Source: Phallusia mammillata
Taxonomy: Eukaryota
Length of the DNA: 64,000 bases
Assembly (NCBI GenBank): GCA_965637545.1
Contig: OZ281494.1
Coordinates: 15,562,001 to 15,626,000 of the forward strand
Direction: 5' to 3'
In this document: piece by piece, positions 26,081-38,600 of the stretch
Layout: every line of letters begins with the position of its first letter
How positions within the stretch are numbered: the stretch's first letter is position 1
The notes under the pieces: model-generated
What the model was told of the DNA's origin: nothing
The model's database searches: none
What the model saw: only the letters and a program-made list of their open reading frames with translations
Made by a program: the position numbers and the translations under genes

Positions 26081-29000
26081 TTATGATGATAAACAAAGTA
26101 AAAGATTTGTGTACAGAAATAATAATAAAACAAATATAAATCTATGAAACAATTGCTTTGTACATAAACTTTTAAATCGACAGATATAGAGACCGCAAAA
26201 AAGTCCGGCAGTCGCTTTTAGACATATGATGATAATTCGAGGAAATCAAAAAACCTGAGTCACAACCGACAGTGAAAAATCCCGATATAGACGCCAATCC
26301 ATCACACCACTTACAAACAACCGTAAAAATTTCTCAGAAACACAGAAAAGAAATAATAGAGGCCTTGGACCACACCACATTGCGTTAATCATCGATCATT
26401 ACGCCCGAACACGTGAAAAGTGGTGTAAGTTTGTTCTAGCTCAATAGTCATGATAATCTCTACAGCTGGACCACATATAACGCTTGTTTTGACAGGACAT
26501 TAAAATTCACCGGCCTGTTGTGTTTCGGTTGTTTTTACTTTGATCCATTCGCTGGGAAACTACTCGGTTATTTACTTTTGAATTTGCGTTGTTAGTTATT
26601 GGAAAGCCCTGCAAAAATCGAATTTAGGTATAGAAATATTTTTTGCCTCGAGCGGCGTCAACAATTTTAAAACGATATCAAAAGATTGATTATGTTTACC
26701 CCATAGCGCCTACATGCGGAAAAAAGTTGCTAATGTTGGGAATCGTCTTATTTTTGCAGCTTTGAGCATATTTTTTTATGCACACTGATGGCATATATTA
26801 GAACGTTGCAATTTCGTCCACAAATGTTTGCGAAAAAGTATTGGGGATTGTTTAAAGTCAACACCCCTGCGAACCTGCTGATGTGTTTTGTGTTTTAAAA
26901 CATGTGTTGTTTAATAAAAATATTCACTGACTTATTATAGCAGCACTAATTTTGCCTGACATTAAATCACAAACTAACTTACATAATTTTGTCAGGTAAT
27001 CCAGAATAGAGTGCAGTTTAAGAACTTGTTAAGCAAATGTTACACAACTATAAGCAAACTCTCTCCGTCAGCAACTTTTAATGCGCAATATATGCTGATG
27101 CCGCACTTTGTAAATCACCTTGCTAACAGGCCCAGACGGGCAAGTCCCGGCCTGCCCACCCGGGGGCGCTAATTGTTGCGTCACGATGCCGGATGACGTA
27201 ACGACTCTTAGGGTCAGGCAACAACCGGTCGCCCCTAGACAAAATCAAACAAACGCGTCCCTGAGTGGAATCAGTCTCTCGAGAGACTCCACTTAAATGC
27301 CTCACTGTAATTGTTAAGTCAAACTTGAATTTGAAAACTTGAAATCCTGGTTTAAAGATTATAGAACTAGCATTCGTCGAGGACGCTTCAGGTGGCGTAA
27401 TATCAACACACATGAGAAGTAGGAGTAGGATGTTTGCGAAGCTTGTTGAAGCTCATTGTGTGTGTTGTTGACACCACCCCACGACACGCCGGCCTTATCT
27501 GAGCTCAAACATTGCGTAATATTTTTTTCTAAATTGTCAGAGTCAGGCGACTTTCGGTCGTTTATTCAAAGGTCACGTGATTTTCGCTCTATAGGTTTAC
27601 TGCCAAAACGGTTCAGCGCGCTTAACAGTCAACCGAGGGCGTGTTTATCAAAAGTGCGATAACAAACGTTTAAACTTTCAAACGACGCCCATCGATTGAA
27701 CCTACGTCACGATCAGGTGACACAAAGAAGTTAAGAGAAGGGTGCGATAATAAATTTATTGGACAAAACAACAGTTTGTGTTTTTTACGGTAAAATACAA
27801 TTTTCCGGTTTTACTATGGTCTGTTTTGACGAGTAAGTGAAGTAGGTTGTTTGCACGCTGTTGCAGTTTATATTTTAGAGTGTTTGTTATGCGTTAGGAC
27901 CTCCTTTGCAAACATTAACTATTGAAACACTTTTACGACCTATACGTCACAAGCAAGGTTTTAGTTACCGAACAATATTGTCCTCGTTGACCTTGACAAG
28001 CCCATTTTACGTGTAGGCTAAACGTGCTACACTCAATGATCAGATGTAAACAACCGTCATATCAAACCGTTGTCTATTTTGAAGTACAACCGGAAGTTAT
28101 TTGTTCCAGATGGTTGACGCGTAAATTTCCAAGACAGAAGCAACCCGCGGTGTGTTTCGCACAAGTGCATGACCAGTTCGACCTTAAGTGTGCAGAGATG
28201 TCATCCCCTTTTTAGGTGGTATGACGGGTGAAACAAAAAGTCTGTGCAAATTTGATGCGGTCCGTTGAAGCGCTGACACAAAGGTGCAAAATTGCAAAAA
28301 CTGTCAAATTTCAAAGGCGCCGGTGGTCCCTGTGGTTTTGGTTGGTTGGAAAAGTGCGTCACCGAAGGTGGGTTTCTTTAAACATGGACCTGTTTGGCGA
28401 AGTCGTGTTTTGAGCAAGTTCGGAGAATCGATGCGCTTACCCGAGTGTGAATGGGAGTGTTATTTTTGACCGCGTTTGGTGGTCGTTGTTTTGATGTCAA
28501 TCTAGTGTTGTCGACATTTACGCCTGGCAGCTTTTTAACAATATAGTTCCCTTTGAAGACCCTCTGAAGTTTGGTTCTGTGAAATCGTTCTGTTTTTGTA
28601 TATTTACTTTCTGTAAATATACCAAACACAATACAACTCTCTCATATTTTGACTCAAAGACTATTATCAGTTCCGAAATTGACAACCACAAATTATAATT
28701 AAGAACTTTTTTAAGCCTGTTTGCAAAGATTAAAAGTTAAAATGGGATTTGTTAGTTGAAAAATCGTAACAACAGTACAAGCAAGACATGAAAATATTTT
28801 TACAAACGCCGCATTTGTTTCTTGGGCATCATTTTTTAGTTATTACTAGGCAGAATGTAAATAAAAAACATGACGTGACCACATCAATTCAGTCATGACA
28901 AAATCTGCATTGTAACGTGACATTACAAAAACAAATTAAGTGCGCAACAATAGCTACGTTGTTCGGAAACAAGGTCAAGAACGTTGCGATTGTTTACAGA

Positions 29001-29502
29001 ACTATTAAATACCGTTGTTCTACTCACAGCAATCTGCAAGACAGCAAATCATGTTTTTATTCCGAAAAAGATACTATCACTCAAAACAATAACTACCGAA
29101 GTAGCGCGTCTAGTGCCCGTTGAGATAACATCGCGTTTTAGAGCGATGAGAAACTTGCACGAGTCGGATTTTCGAACTATCCAAATCCGATTATCGACCC
29201 ATAGTTCCACGATACTGGCGCCAGCGGGTGATCTTTAAACATTGTCTGCAAGCGACGTTCGCAGTCGGCAAGTGTGAACGAGTTGGGGATGGAGTTAAAA
29301 CCCGGCTTGTCACTTTACTACCAATTAATATAGGGGCAGCACAGCAGTTAACCAACAAAAAATGCAGCTTTAAAAATTCTAAATTGAGTTTACAAGCAAG
29401 AAAAGGGTAATTAAAAACTATGTTATGGTCATAATCGTTGCATTTTGGCCCAAATAACAAACATGTTGTAAAGATAAAAGTTACAACAACAAAACAAAAC
29501 GA

Positions 29503-29574
29503 TGCCACCAGTGAGGTTTGAACTCACGACCCCTGGTTTACGAGACCAGTGCTCTACCACTGAGCTATAGCGGC
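29503..29574 (-). tRNA. trnT-CGU: tRNA-Thr, anticodon CGT (72 nt, intronless)
   Basis: Reverse complement GCCGCTA TA GCTC AGTGGTA GAGC A CTGGT CT-CGT-AA ACCAG GGGTC GTGAG TTCAAAC CTCAC TGGTGGC A folds into a full cloverleaf with intact A/B boxes. A T4 Pol III terminator lies 3 nt downstream (complement of 29496-29499). Confidence 0.96.
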
Positions 29575-30541
29575 GCACGATGGCAGCGGCTTGCTACAGC
29601 GTTCTTAAATCCGTATGCGTTAACATTGTCAACCAATCAGAAGAATGGTGTAGTGTTTGTGGCATTCTTGGGTAATACAGACCTATCCCCTCTGTATTTG
29701 GCCTTGTGTGAAGCATGTACGAATTTACTTTCTACAACTTAATGGAAATTAACATTTTTTGCGTGTATAGACGCAAAAGTTCGAGCAGACAAAATCCAAT
29801 TTAAATGCTCGATTTGTTGTTGAATTTATCCAAGTTAAAGTCACATGACAAACATTGCACCAGTCACCAACAGGTTGCAAAAACGTTGATATGACGTGTG
29901 TGCACGCCCAAGTCAAAATGCGCTATTTGTTTGTTGCTATGTTTTAAGGCATGTTAAAACGATGATAAAAGCAACTGTTTGAGGTGATGACCTTTCCCAT
30001 TTCGCAGAAAACGGATGCCTGTGGGCAATTCCGGAATCTGGCGCAAAAGTTTATAGCGTCGGTTAAACACATCCAACTAATCCGATTTGACAATTTAATT
30101 TAAATAATTCCGCTTGACTGTTTGTGGTTCGCGCTAAATCCACTCTTAAACCTGACTGACAAGGAAATGTGAATTTTTTTAAATAAGGTGTCGTCGGAAG
30201 CGTAAGTCACCCGATTTTAATCGTAAAACAATGCTGCAATCTAGGTCTCTGCATTCTGCATTAACAGATAAGTGCAATAACGAGTTTGCACTATCGTCTA
30301 GAAGTAACGTACTGGAATCGATTTTGAATACATCAACAAAACAACCGCTTGTAGCCTACTCAAGTACCTACTGTTGGCTGACCTATATCACCTTTCGACA
30401 GTAAACTTTGGTTTTTATTCCCAAGCTGTAGCAAAAAGTCCCAAATTATGGCAAAAAGTTTGGGGCTAAATTTACCACGTTACGTAGAACGGTGTAGCCT
30501 ACCTCGCATGCAAGACATTGCAATCACTTCTTTGCAAGTCA

Positions 30542-30560
30542 GTGTGTGTGTGTGTGTGTG
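30542..30560. repeat. (GT)n microsatellite, about 9.5 units
   Basis: Read directly. Confidence 0.9.
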
Positions 30561-32283
30561 GTCTGGAACACCTACAGCGTTTCTTTATGATTGATGGTTT
30601 GCTGGTTGCAAATAGATTCGTCATACCATTTATTCGTTCTGCAAATGCAAACCTTTTTACCTGGAAATACAGTTTGGAAAGGCAATATTGATCTACAAAC
30701 GAGATATTTGTAAATATTAGGTTTGCTGTTTAGCAACAATGCAAAGGGCAGAGGAAGGTCAAAGAGCAAGGCTTGCACCAAACGCGCGCGTGTTTATTTT
30801 ACCAATGCCGGGCGAGAAAGAGAAATCAAAACAACACCAATAGAAGGCACTTCCCATATTTCGGCCGCAAAGCCACGGACGGAAATTATGCGCCCGGGAC
30901 GGTTGTTTATTTTCCTTTTCTGGTCAGTAGCGCAAAGCAGAAAAGGAAACACACCGGCTCTTGTTCCAGATGCGAAGAGCACCAGCACCTCAATAGATTT
31001 CCTATTAATAACACCAAGAGCTATGAACTACAAAAACAGACATAAAGAGGTATTACACAAGGTTTACAAATCACTATGTTGATACAACACGACTGGTTGC
31101 CCATATATAAGCGAAGGACAGCAAGGCGTTAATTTTGTTGTTTACTTTGCGCATAAAGTCGATTGCTTATACAACATGAATTAACAGCGGGTGTTCTGTT
31201 AATCAAACAAAGGGATTTGGTAACAAACTGCTCGTCATAAAAGTTAAATTTCGAACAGATTTGTGTTAAAACTACAAGTTTTGCCACTGGATGTCGCAGC
31301 TGAAACATTCATTCCTAAAAAAATATTTTTTTTGTATTAGACTATAAATGATGAAGTCGAACAATACGTAGATATTAAACCGCCAAACCGTATTCGCAAT
31401 GTTGGTACGTCACTAGTTAAAAAAATTATTTGAATGTTGTATTAATTGTGGAGCTGGGCTGCGACTTTAAAGGCACAATTCGTAACAGTTTAATAGCTAC
31501 TTATTGTATATTCCTTCATGGATACTGTTTTACACAGTAGTTGTTCCGGGCACGCTTGAATTTGAAAACGTGTTTACCAATGACAACAAACTCGAAGTTG
31601 GCACATTTGCATTACGCAAAAAAATCAACGCTAAAAACGCATTTTTCAAGTTTCATGTTTACATAGTGGCTGCAGCGAAAGCACTCGATGTCGTTCTTGA
31701 ACTTGAATTTTAAATCGAACCATTGACGATCGCGCTTCAGGTTTATTTTCTTTTAAAAATTTGAACTGCGGCGGCATTGTGTCAATCGCCGAGTGTAAAA
31801 ACAAACAAGACTTTTGAGCTGAGATGGCGAAACCATGGGACGCTATCAGCAGCGTGAAAAAGGCTGTCGAAAACAGTTCCCCTGCGACAATACCGCTGAC
31901 GAAGTCCCAACGACCTGAGCGCGAGAAAAAAGGGACAACCGTCGACGTTCATAAACCCAGTTGAGTTGTTGAAGGCGCATAGTCTGCAGAACAGCTCGCC
32001 CCGGGAGTTTTATGTAAAGCAATATTATGTTCAGTGTTTAGCGGATGTGTAAGGGCATTTGCCTAACAATTTTGCTTTAATATTACTGAGTCTAAGTGGT
32101 TACACAGCATATGCAAGAATATGTACATCATAAGTTTAGAACTTTAAGTAAATGAACTGTTGCTTGTTTTACCAGACTATTTCGTTGCTTTGAAAGTGTT
32201 AGTAACGTTAAGAAAACAACGCACTGCGCGTGGATTATCACCTTTGTTTGAAACAACTGCACAAGAACACATACAAGCATAAC

Positions 32284-35200
32284 ATGGCACCCGACGCACC
32301 AAGATACGGACATCATGACTTTCCGGTCGCAGAAGCTTTGACGGCAGAGGAAAAATGCCAGCAGCCGGCGCCTGAAAAGCGACTTAAATGTGTGCTGGTT
32401 GGAGATGGAGCTGTTGGTAAAACAAGTCTGGTTGTCAGCTACTCAACAAATGGCTATCCAACCGAATACGTGCCAACAGCTTTTGACAACTATTCCGGTA
32501 AGTGTTATTTGTGTTTTCTGTGGGAGACTGGGGGTATCGTATGTGGCTTGTGTTTAACAACATTCTTTTGTACAGTTCGCGTAAATGTCGACAATCAAGC
32601 TGTACGTCTTCAGATCTGCGACACTGCTGGACAGGTGTGTACGAAATAATTTTCTTCAAACTGTAAAGTTTAAAAATTCACAAACTATCCGGGTCATGTC
32701 GCCATCCAGTTAACAAAAAATTCCGTGTACACGAACATTAGCGATGTCACGCTGATATTGAAATAAGTGATTTACTTGTCGTCCACCGAAGTGTGGCGGC
32801 TTTTGCGTTGCGCCAATATTAAACTTCTCAAAATGCGATTAGACGCACAGCGAAATCAATAAGAGCTCATCATGAGAGTTGCACTTGATCGATCTCGGCA
32901 AATGGAAAAACCTCGTCGCCCGTTGTGAGCAGCTTATTGGGGAATAAACCTCCTGCTGTGGACACTCCGTAGTGTAAACCGCTGGCAGCAAAAAGCTGCT
33001 TGAAGCCTTCGCGAACTATACTTCTTTTCCACGCAAGCTCAAACGTTGGTTAACATGACCTCGCATATTAAGTGGATGCGAGCGTGGCTTGTAAACTTAA
33101 CCACAGGTTGCTAGCAGGCCTTTTCCGGTGACCACTAATCACACAACCGAAAACCGCCAATATATCCTAAGGTAGCATTAAAATCTTAAACCGGTTTTTG
33201 CATGAAGCGAAGAACTGTCTTGTTTGCTTTTCTCTATGGTTTTGCCTTGAAGAGGCTGACAGTTTGCTTTGCAAGTTAGCGTTTGATCTCACGAAGCAAA
33301 AACACAAGGCTTCGTTCGCTGCGCCTAATCGCCTGCGCAAACAGCATTCGGCCGGGAAAACAAGCGCGGGCGTCGGCATTGAATCCCTGGGTGTCAATTT
33401 TAGCGCTCAGGCTCCACGGTTTATTTGACCGGCAAATATATACGGTAGTCGACAACTTCCCGCAGTGATCGTGAATAAACAACAAAACAATAGGGCGCTT
33501 GGATCAGTGGAAGCAAGACGTATAGCACTGCGAGCAGGCTTTTGTGGGGCGAAGTAATCATCTACCTTCACAAGGGGGCAAAACCAACAAACAGTCCTTG
33601 CAGTTTTGTTGAGGCGTAATCTGTCAACTTTATTAGGTTTTCTTCATAAGCGGATAGCCTTTGAACTAGGCGGCAGGCGCTATTTGTGGAAGCCCATTGC
33701 GTCAATGTAAACAAGCAAACTTGCGATCTCTAATTGTTGCCGTCCGTCTTTGTCAATGCAAATGTATATATACACACGACAAACAGTTTAGTGTTTTCAT
33801 TTGCCACGGCCTTTGGCGACTTTTGAACAATAGTGGCACGATTTTATTTGGTATCTTCTAAATCGATCTACAGCAAACCGGCATCAGGATTTGTTCTATG
33901 ATTCGACTTGGGCCCTTTTGTTCACGCCCTGCCAGTGTTGTTTTATCCCATGCCATTGTTGCGCCCAATGGTGCCCTCGATCACCGGTTTACAGCCTATA
34001 ATCGAGCTCCTTTTCAAATGCCTTTGTAAAGCTTGCGTCGAATTGCCTGTCTTTCTTTGTGTGCCTTTCAGCTATTGTAAGACCTTCGACAGTTCAAAGC
34101 TTGCCCAACTTTATTGTAAACGGGTTATAATAATAATGCGCTACCGTGTGATCGGAAACTATAGGGATGTATGTGAGACTGTAAGTAACCAGTATCAACG
34201 TCAGAGAAACGGAAAGACGTCAGCGCATCGCGTAAACTAGCACCTGAAGCGCGGATTGATAAAAAGGCGTCGGACGGAAGTTGGCGAGCCCCCGTTGTGG
34301 CCGAAGAAACGACCGTGAAAATGAATTGAAATGATTTTGACGCCACGCAATAGCCGCAGATGGCTGACTTGGCTAACGACTGAGCGGGTCAAGCCACATC
34401 AAAGCGCTGAGATAGAATCGAACGCGGGCTCGACGAGCCGATTTTGTAGCCGTATAAGGCTATCGCGTATAGCAAGCAACCGACGCAAAACAAGCGAACG
34501 CCGACGAATAAATAAACGCCGCTTTGGCTGTGTTACGACAGCTTGGATTGAGCCACAAAATACACAAATCGACAAACGAATACATACACACACAAGTTAC
34601 ATCTAGCCGATTAATTTGCACCAATTTTAATATTTTAGGCGCGAACTTGCGGGCGCATTTAACGGTGCGTAAACTTGCCATTTTGTGGTGCAAGGGTTTG
34701 GGGCAGGATATGACTTTTGCGGAATGCGACCTTTACCTATTGGTTCGTGGCTTGGAGCTCAAGCGTGCATTCACCAACAAAACACAGGATCGTACATCTG
34801 GCGATGTGAACTAGGTTAATAAAACAGCAATTATGTTAGACTAACAAAAAAAATGATTTGAGACAGTTTCCGAAAGGCCCCATAATGTATATAAAAAAAC
34901 ATAACCCGCAACCTGTCGCCCAATAAGTCAAACTATATTGCGCGTTAGTGGTACAAATATGCTCTTGCGCTCATATCTGTAATCACTAACCCTTATCTGT
35001 TTTCCTTTTTAGGACGAGTTCGACAACATGCGGCCTCTCTGCTACCCGGGCACTGACGTGGTACTCGTGTGCTTCAGCGTCATCAGGCCCACGTCGCTGG
35101 GCAATGTCCGGGACAAGTGGTTGCCCGAGATAAGGAAGCATCTCCCCAAGGTTCCCGTGATCCTAGTTGGAACCAAAACCGATGTTCGCACGAGTGTGGA

Positions 35201-35674
35201 CGTGCTCGTCGACCTGGCTCGATACAGGTAAATGTTTTGAAAACTCGAGTTTGTTTGTAAGTCAATATGACTTTATGTTGAAATTAAACCAAGAAAAGCA
35301 ATGAGTTAAATCTTGTTCGAAACTACTAAGTGTGTGAACATGACTACTTTATGCTACACATTTTTAAAAATATTAAATTTGTATTATTTATTTGCAGTGA
35401 ACAGCCAGTGACGGAGGCAGAAGGACACCAGTTCGCAGCCGAAGTTGGTGCAAGCAAATACGTGGAATGCTCATCGCTCACACAAAAGCACTTGAAAGAC
35501 GTGTTTGACAGCGCTATCCTCGATGCCTTCGAGCACCGTGAGCATTTGGAACGGAAATGCAAGCGATCATGGCGTAAGAAGAGCATGGCAAAACGCGAGC
35601 AAACCCAATGGAGAGCCCTGGAAATGAGGAGAAAATCAGTTGTCTGGTGGAAGAAAGCCTTCTGTTTCGCGTGA
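32284..35674 (+). CDS. RhoU/V: Atypical Rho GTPase, RhoU/RhoV subfamily, paralog B, 254 aa; exons 32284-32497, 32576-32634, 35013-35227, 35398-35674
   Basis: MAPDAPRYG...[38 protein letters not shown]|[20 protein letters not shown]|[16 protein letters not shown]...VGTKTDVR...DLARYS|EQPV...[15 protein letters not shown]...[15 protein letters not shown]. Intron positions and phases are the same as paralog A (exon 2 = 59 nt and exon 3 = 215 nt in both). Branch point CACTAAC at 34984-34990. AATAAA at 36392-36401. Confidence 0.96.
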
Positions 35675-38600
35675 TTATGACACGTTTCCACACAGTGACG
35701 TGGCAGAATGATCACGTGAGGGAAAAGAGTCACGAACCATGCAACTGGCAAGGTGACAGGCCGCGGTATGGTGACTGTGTCGAAAGTCTGGAAGTTCAAA
35801 AGCGTTCCGTAGTGTTCCGGATTGTTTCCAAGAGACTGAATGCAACGTGCCTTGGCATCTGGCACTGAACAATCAAATGGCCACAACAATGTACGATTAC
35901 CGGCCTATTTTGTTTTTTCTTTGTTCTATTATTACTGCTTTGTTGATCAAACACCCATATATGCGATATATGCTTGTCGAACTGGTTTCGGTTAAATCGC
36001 GGATACGTTTTCCACTGTGTCTCCCCGCAGAGAATCTAATATATAACTTGCGTGGTTGATAAAGGTTGCTTTTTGCCACACTGCTTCCTCTTATATGTGG
36101 TCGGGAAAATATGACTGTTACTTTTCTATACCGACTGTTCTTTCTATCTTGTATTGACGTACTACGTCTTCTGAGGGTATTTCCGTCTTTCTGAGGGCCA
36201 AAAGCATTGCAATTAATCTCAATGTGCGTACATTTATATATTTACGCTTTGTGAATCATTGAATGACAGGAGAACAACGGTTTGTGAAGTCCCTGACCCT
36301 TGTAGTTGATGTTGGCATTATATTTTCGGTCTTCGTGCGCTGCCCCTGTTCGTATTATTAGTTCGCCACTGGTGCGTTGGAACACCACTGCAATAAATAA
36401 AAAACAAAATGAGAAAAGAACTTTTGCTCGTTTAATGTGATGATGTCATTGACAGAAAAGCGAAAATAGAAGCGAGACGAGAGGTTAATGAATTATTACA
36501 CAGTAGGTAGTGACTTCATGTTTCGCGCAGGTGTGCTGGACACCAATGACCCCACAGTCTGTTTGTTTAGAGCCGGTTCAGTTCACGGCTGCTCATGACA
36601 TTGCTATTACAGACATCGTAAACGGTGACGGAGACACGGTAAAAACAAAGTAACTACGCCTTTGAGACAATTAGCCTTGTCGAGCATAAACTTAGCTACC
36701 GGACCGTTGGCCCCGAACCGATCGTCAGACTTTTTAGTGCGTCGTGTGCGACTCAGGGGCAATACAAAGCTTGTGAAAGGTCTTTGGCCAACGACAAAGG
36801 AACGATCAAATCACCTTGCCAACGACTGTGTTGTAATTGCCGACTGGCCAGAGAAACAACAGTAAGGTGGTCGCCTAGTTTAACGATAATGGGAGAGAGC
36901 AATTATTGACTTGTGATCATCTCTAAGCGTACTTTACAAACGTGGACAAACATTGCAAAAACAATCCCTTTCGCATAATTTCAAGCCAACAGTGCAAAAC
37001 ATATTTGAGAAGGTAAAAATCCTTAACGGGAAGCGTTATAACCCCTTTAACATGTAAACAAATCAATTCTACCGTCATCGTTGCAAAGACGTCTACGGGA
37101 CCCCGAAAAAACTGACAAACATATTTACCTATCTACTCCAGTAGCGTGAATTGTCATTCTCCTACACGCACTGTCGTCAATCGAGCATCGACTAATCAGT
37201 TTTGTGTATCACAGAACGTTCTATTGACGTTTCTACGATTGATGTACAAAGGAAAGTAGGAGTTGGCAAGTAAGGTTCGCAAACGAGGTACTTTTCAAAG
37301 CTCGCTTTTGGTATGTTTTTCACAGCGTATCACGTTGCGCTGGTCGCGTCTAGACTGTTTGTAGCGGAGAAGGGACAATAGCCTGATACTGTTTGATAGT
37401 GACGCATTGACCAACGACCCCCTATAGATGTGGGTCACGCGGCATGTGTGACTTTTGGTTGCCGTTTGTGTGTGTGTCACATTGGACCATCCTTTGTGTG
37501 TCTGTTTTTCTGTGGCGCTTAGCAATTGAAATCGAACTGACCACCGGCGTCAGGCAACCTTACGTTATTTTTTGTATTGTCAACAGTTAGTCATGCTCCT
37601 ACCGGTCAAAAGAAGACACATCTATAGCATCATAGTTTGTACTGAGTCTAACGAGCATACAGTGGAAAAAAACTTTTTGTCAATAATTGCGTTGTGAAAA
37701 AAGGTTGACAGTGGATTCATATAAGTCCCAAGGGCTCCCATGTCCTTTCAGCTGTAGAGCTCTAAATGATCCAAACCTTCTGTCAAGTGAAATTAACCTT
37801 GCCTTAAATGGTTATGGTAAATACGATTCCTCAACGTTCGGTCTTAAAATTACATCACTGCACATTTTAGGTAGCGAAATATCGTTTTAACAAACGTACA
37901 GTATAACGTACACATTGGACCAAAATCATATACAGTATAACGTACACTGGTGTGTTTTTGACCGACATACTGGTTTATTTGTTTTTTAGTGGTAAAAACA
38001 AATCATTATCACATTGCCCTGTCCTATAGGACTCAAACAAGACGTGCCACAACGCTTGAGAAAGAGTTATTTTTTCAGTAAAATTCCAAGAAATGTGAAG
38101 ACTAATTGTCCACACACTGCAATGCCATCCTATATTAAAACAACTATTTCTGGGCGACCTACAAACAGAAATGTGCCCACTGCCCATGCGGTTCAAGGCA
38201 ATTATGGTAGAAGGTGAGTGGAAGCGAAAATGCCAGTTTTGGTACAAAGGAAACCGGTTCTACTCTGTTCCATGGAGTCCCAAGATAATGTGTTTTCTGA
38301 CCACACTGAACGCACACAACGGTGGGTGACATACGAAGCTTACACAAAACACAACATAACGCCCACAAGACAACTCAGTGGGAAACCAAAAAAGGAGTTG
38401 TCAACCTACGCGACGACCGTTAGTTTTTCGTCCAGCTCTGACTAAGTACAACATTTCGCTATTGTTAGCAAGGCCAGTGACCCCAACTCGGCCAACGCTG
38501 ATGCTTGAACGAAATCGATGCCCGAGCAAACTGATACAATACTCGCTCGCTGATGACCGCTGATGTCATCATAATGTACGTCACATCCGATATTGCCTGT

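Noticed and set aside
14953-31799. 15-mer ATCGCCGAGTGTAAA shared at 14953 and 31785
   Set aside because: Within chance expectation, and the positions are not equivalent relative to the two paralogs.
35344-35889. 181-aa minus-strand ORF (also 12490-12846 and 8100-8393)
   Set aside because: Antisense shadows of RhoU/V coding exons, with no independent homology or splice logic.
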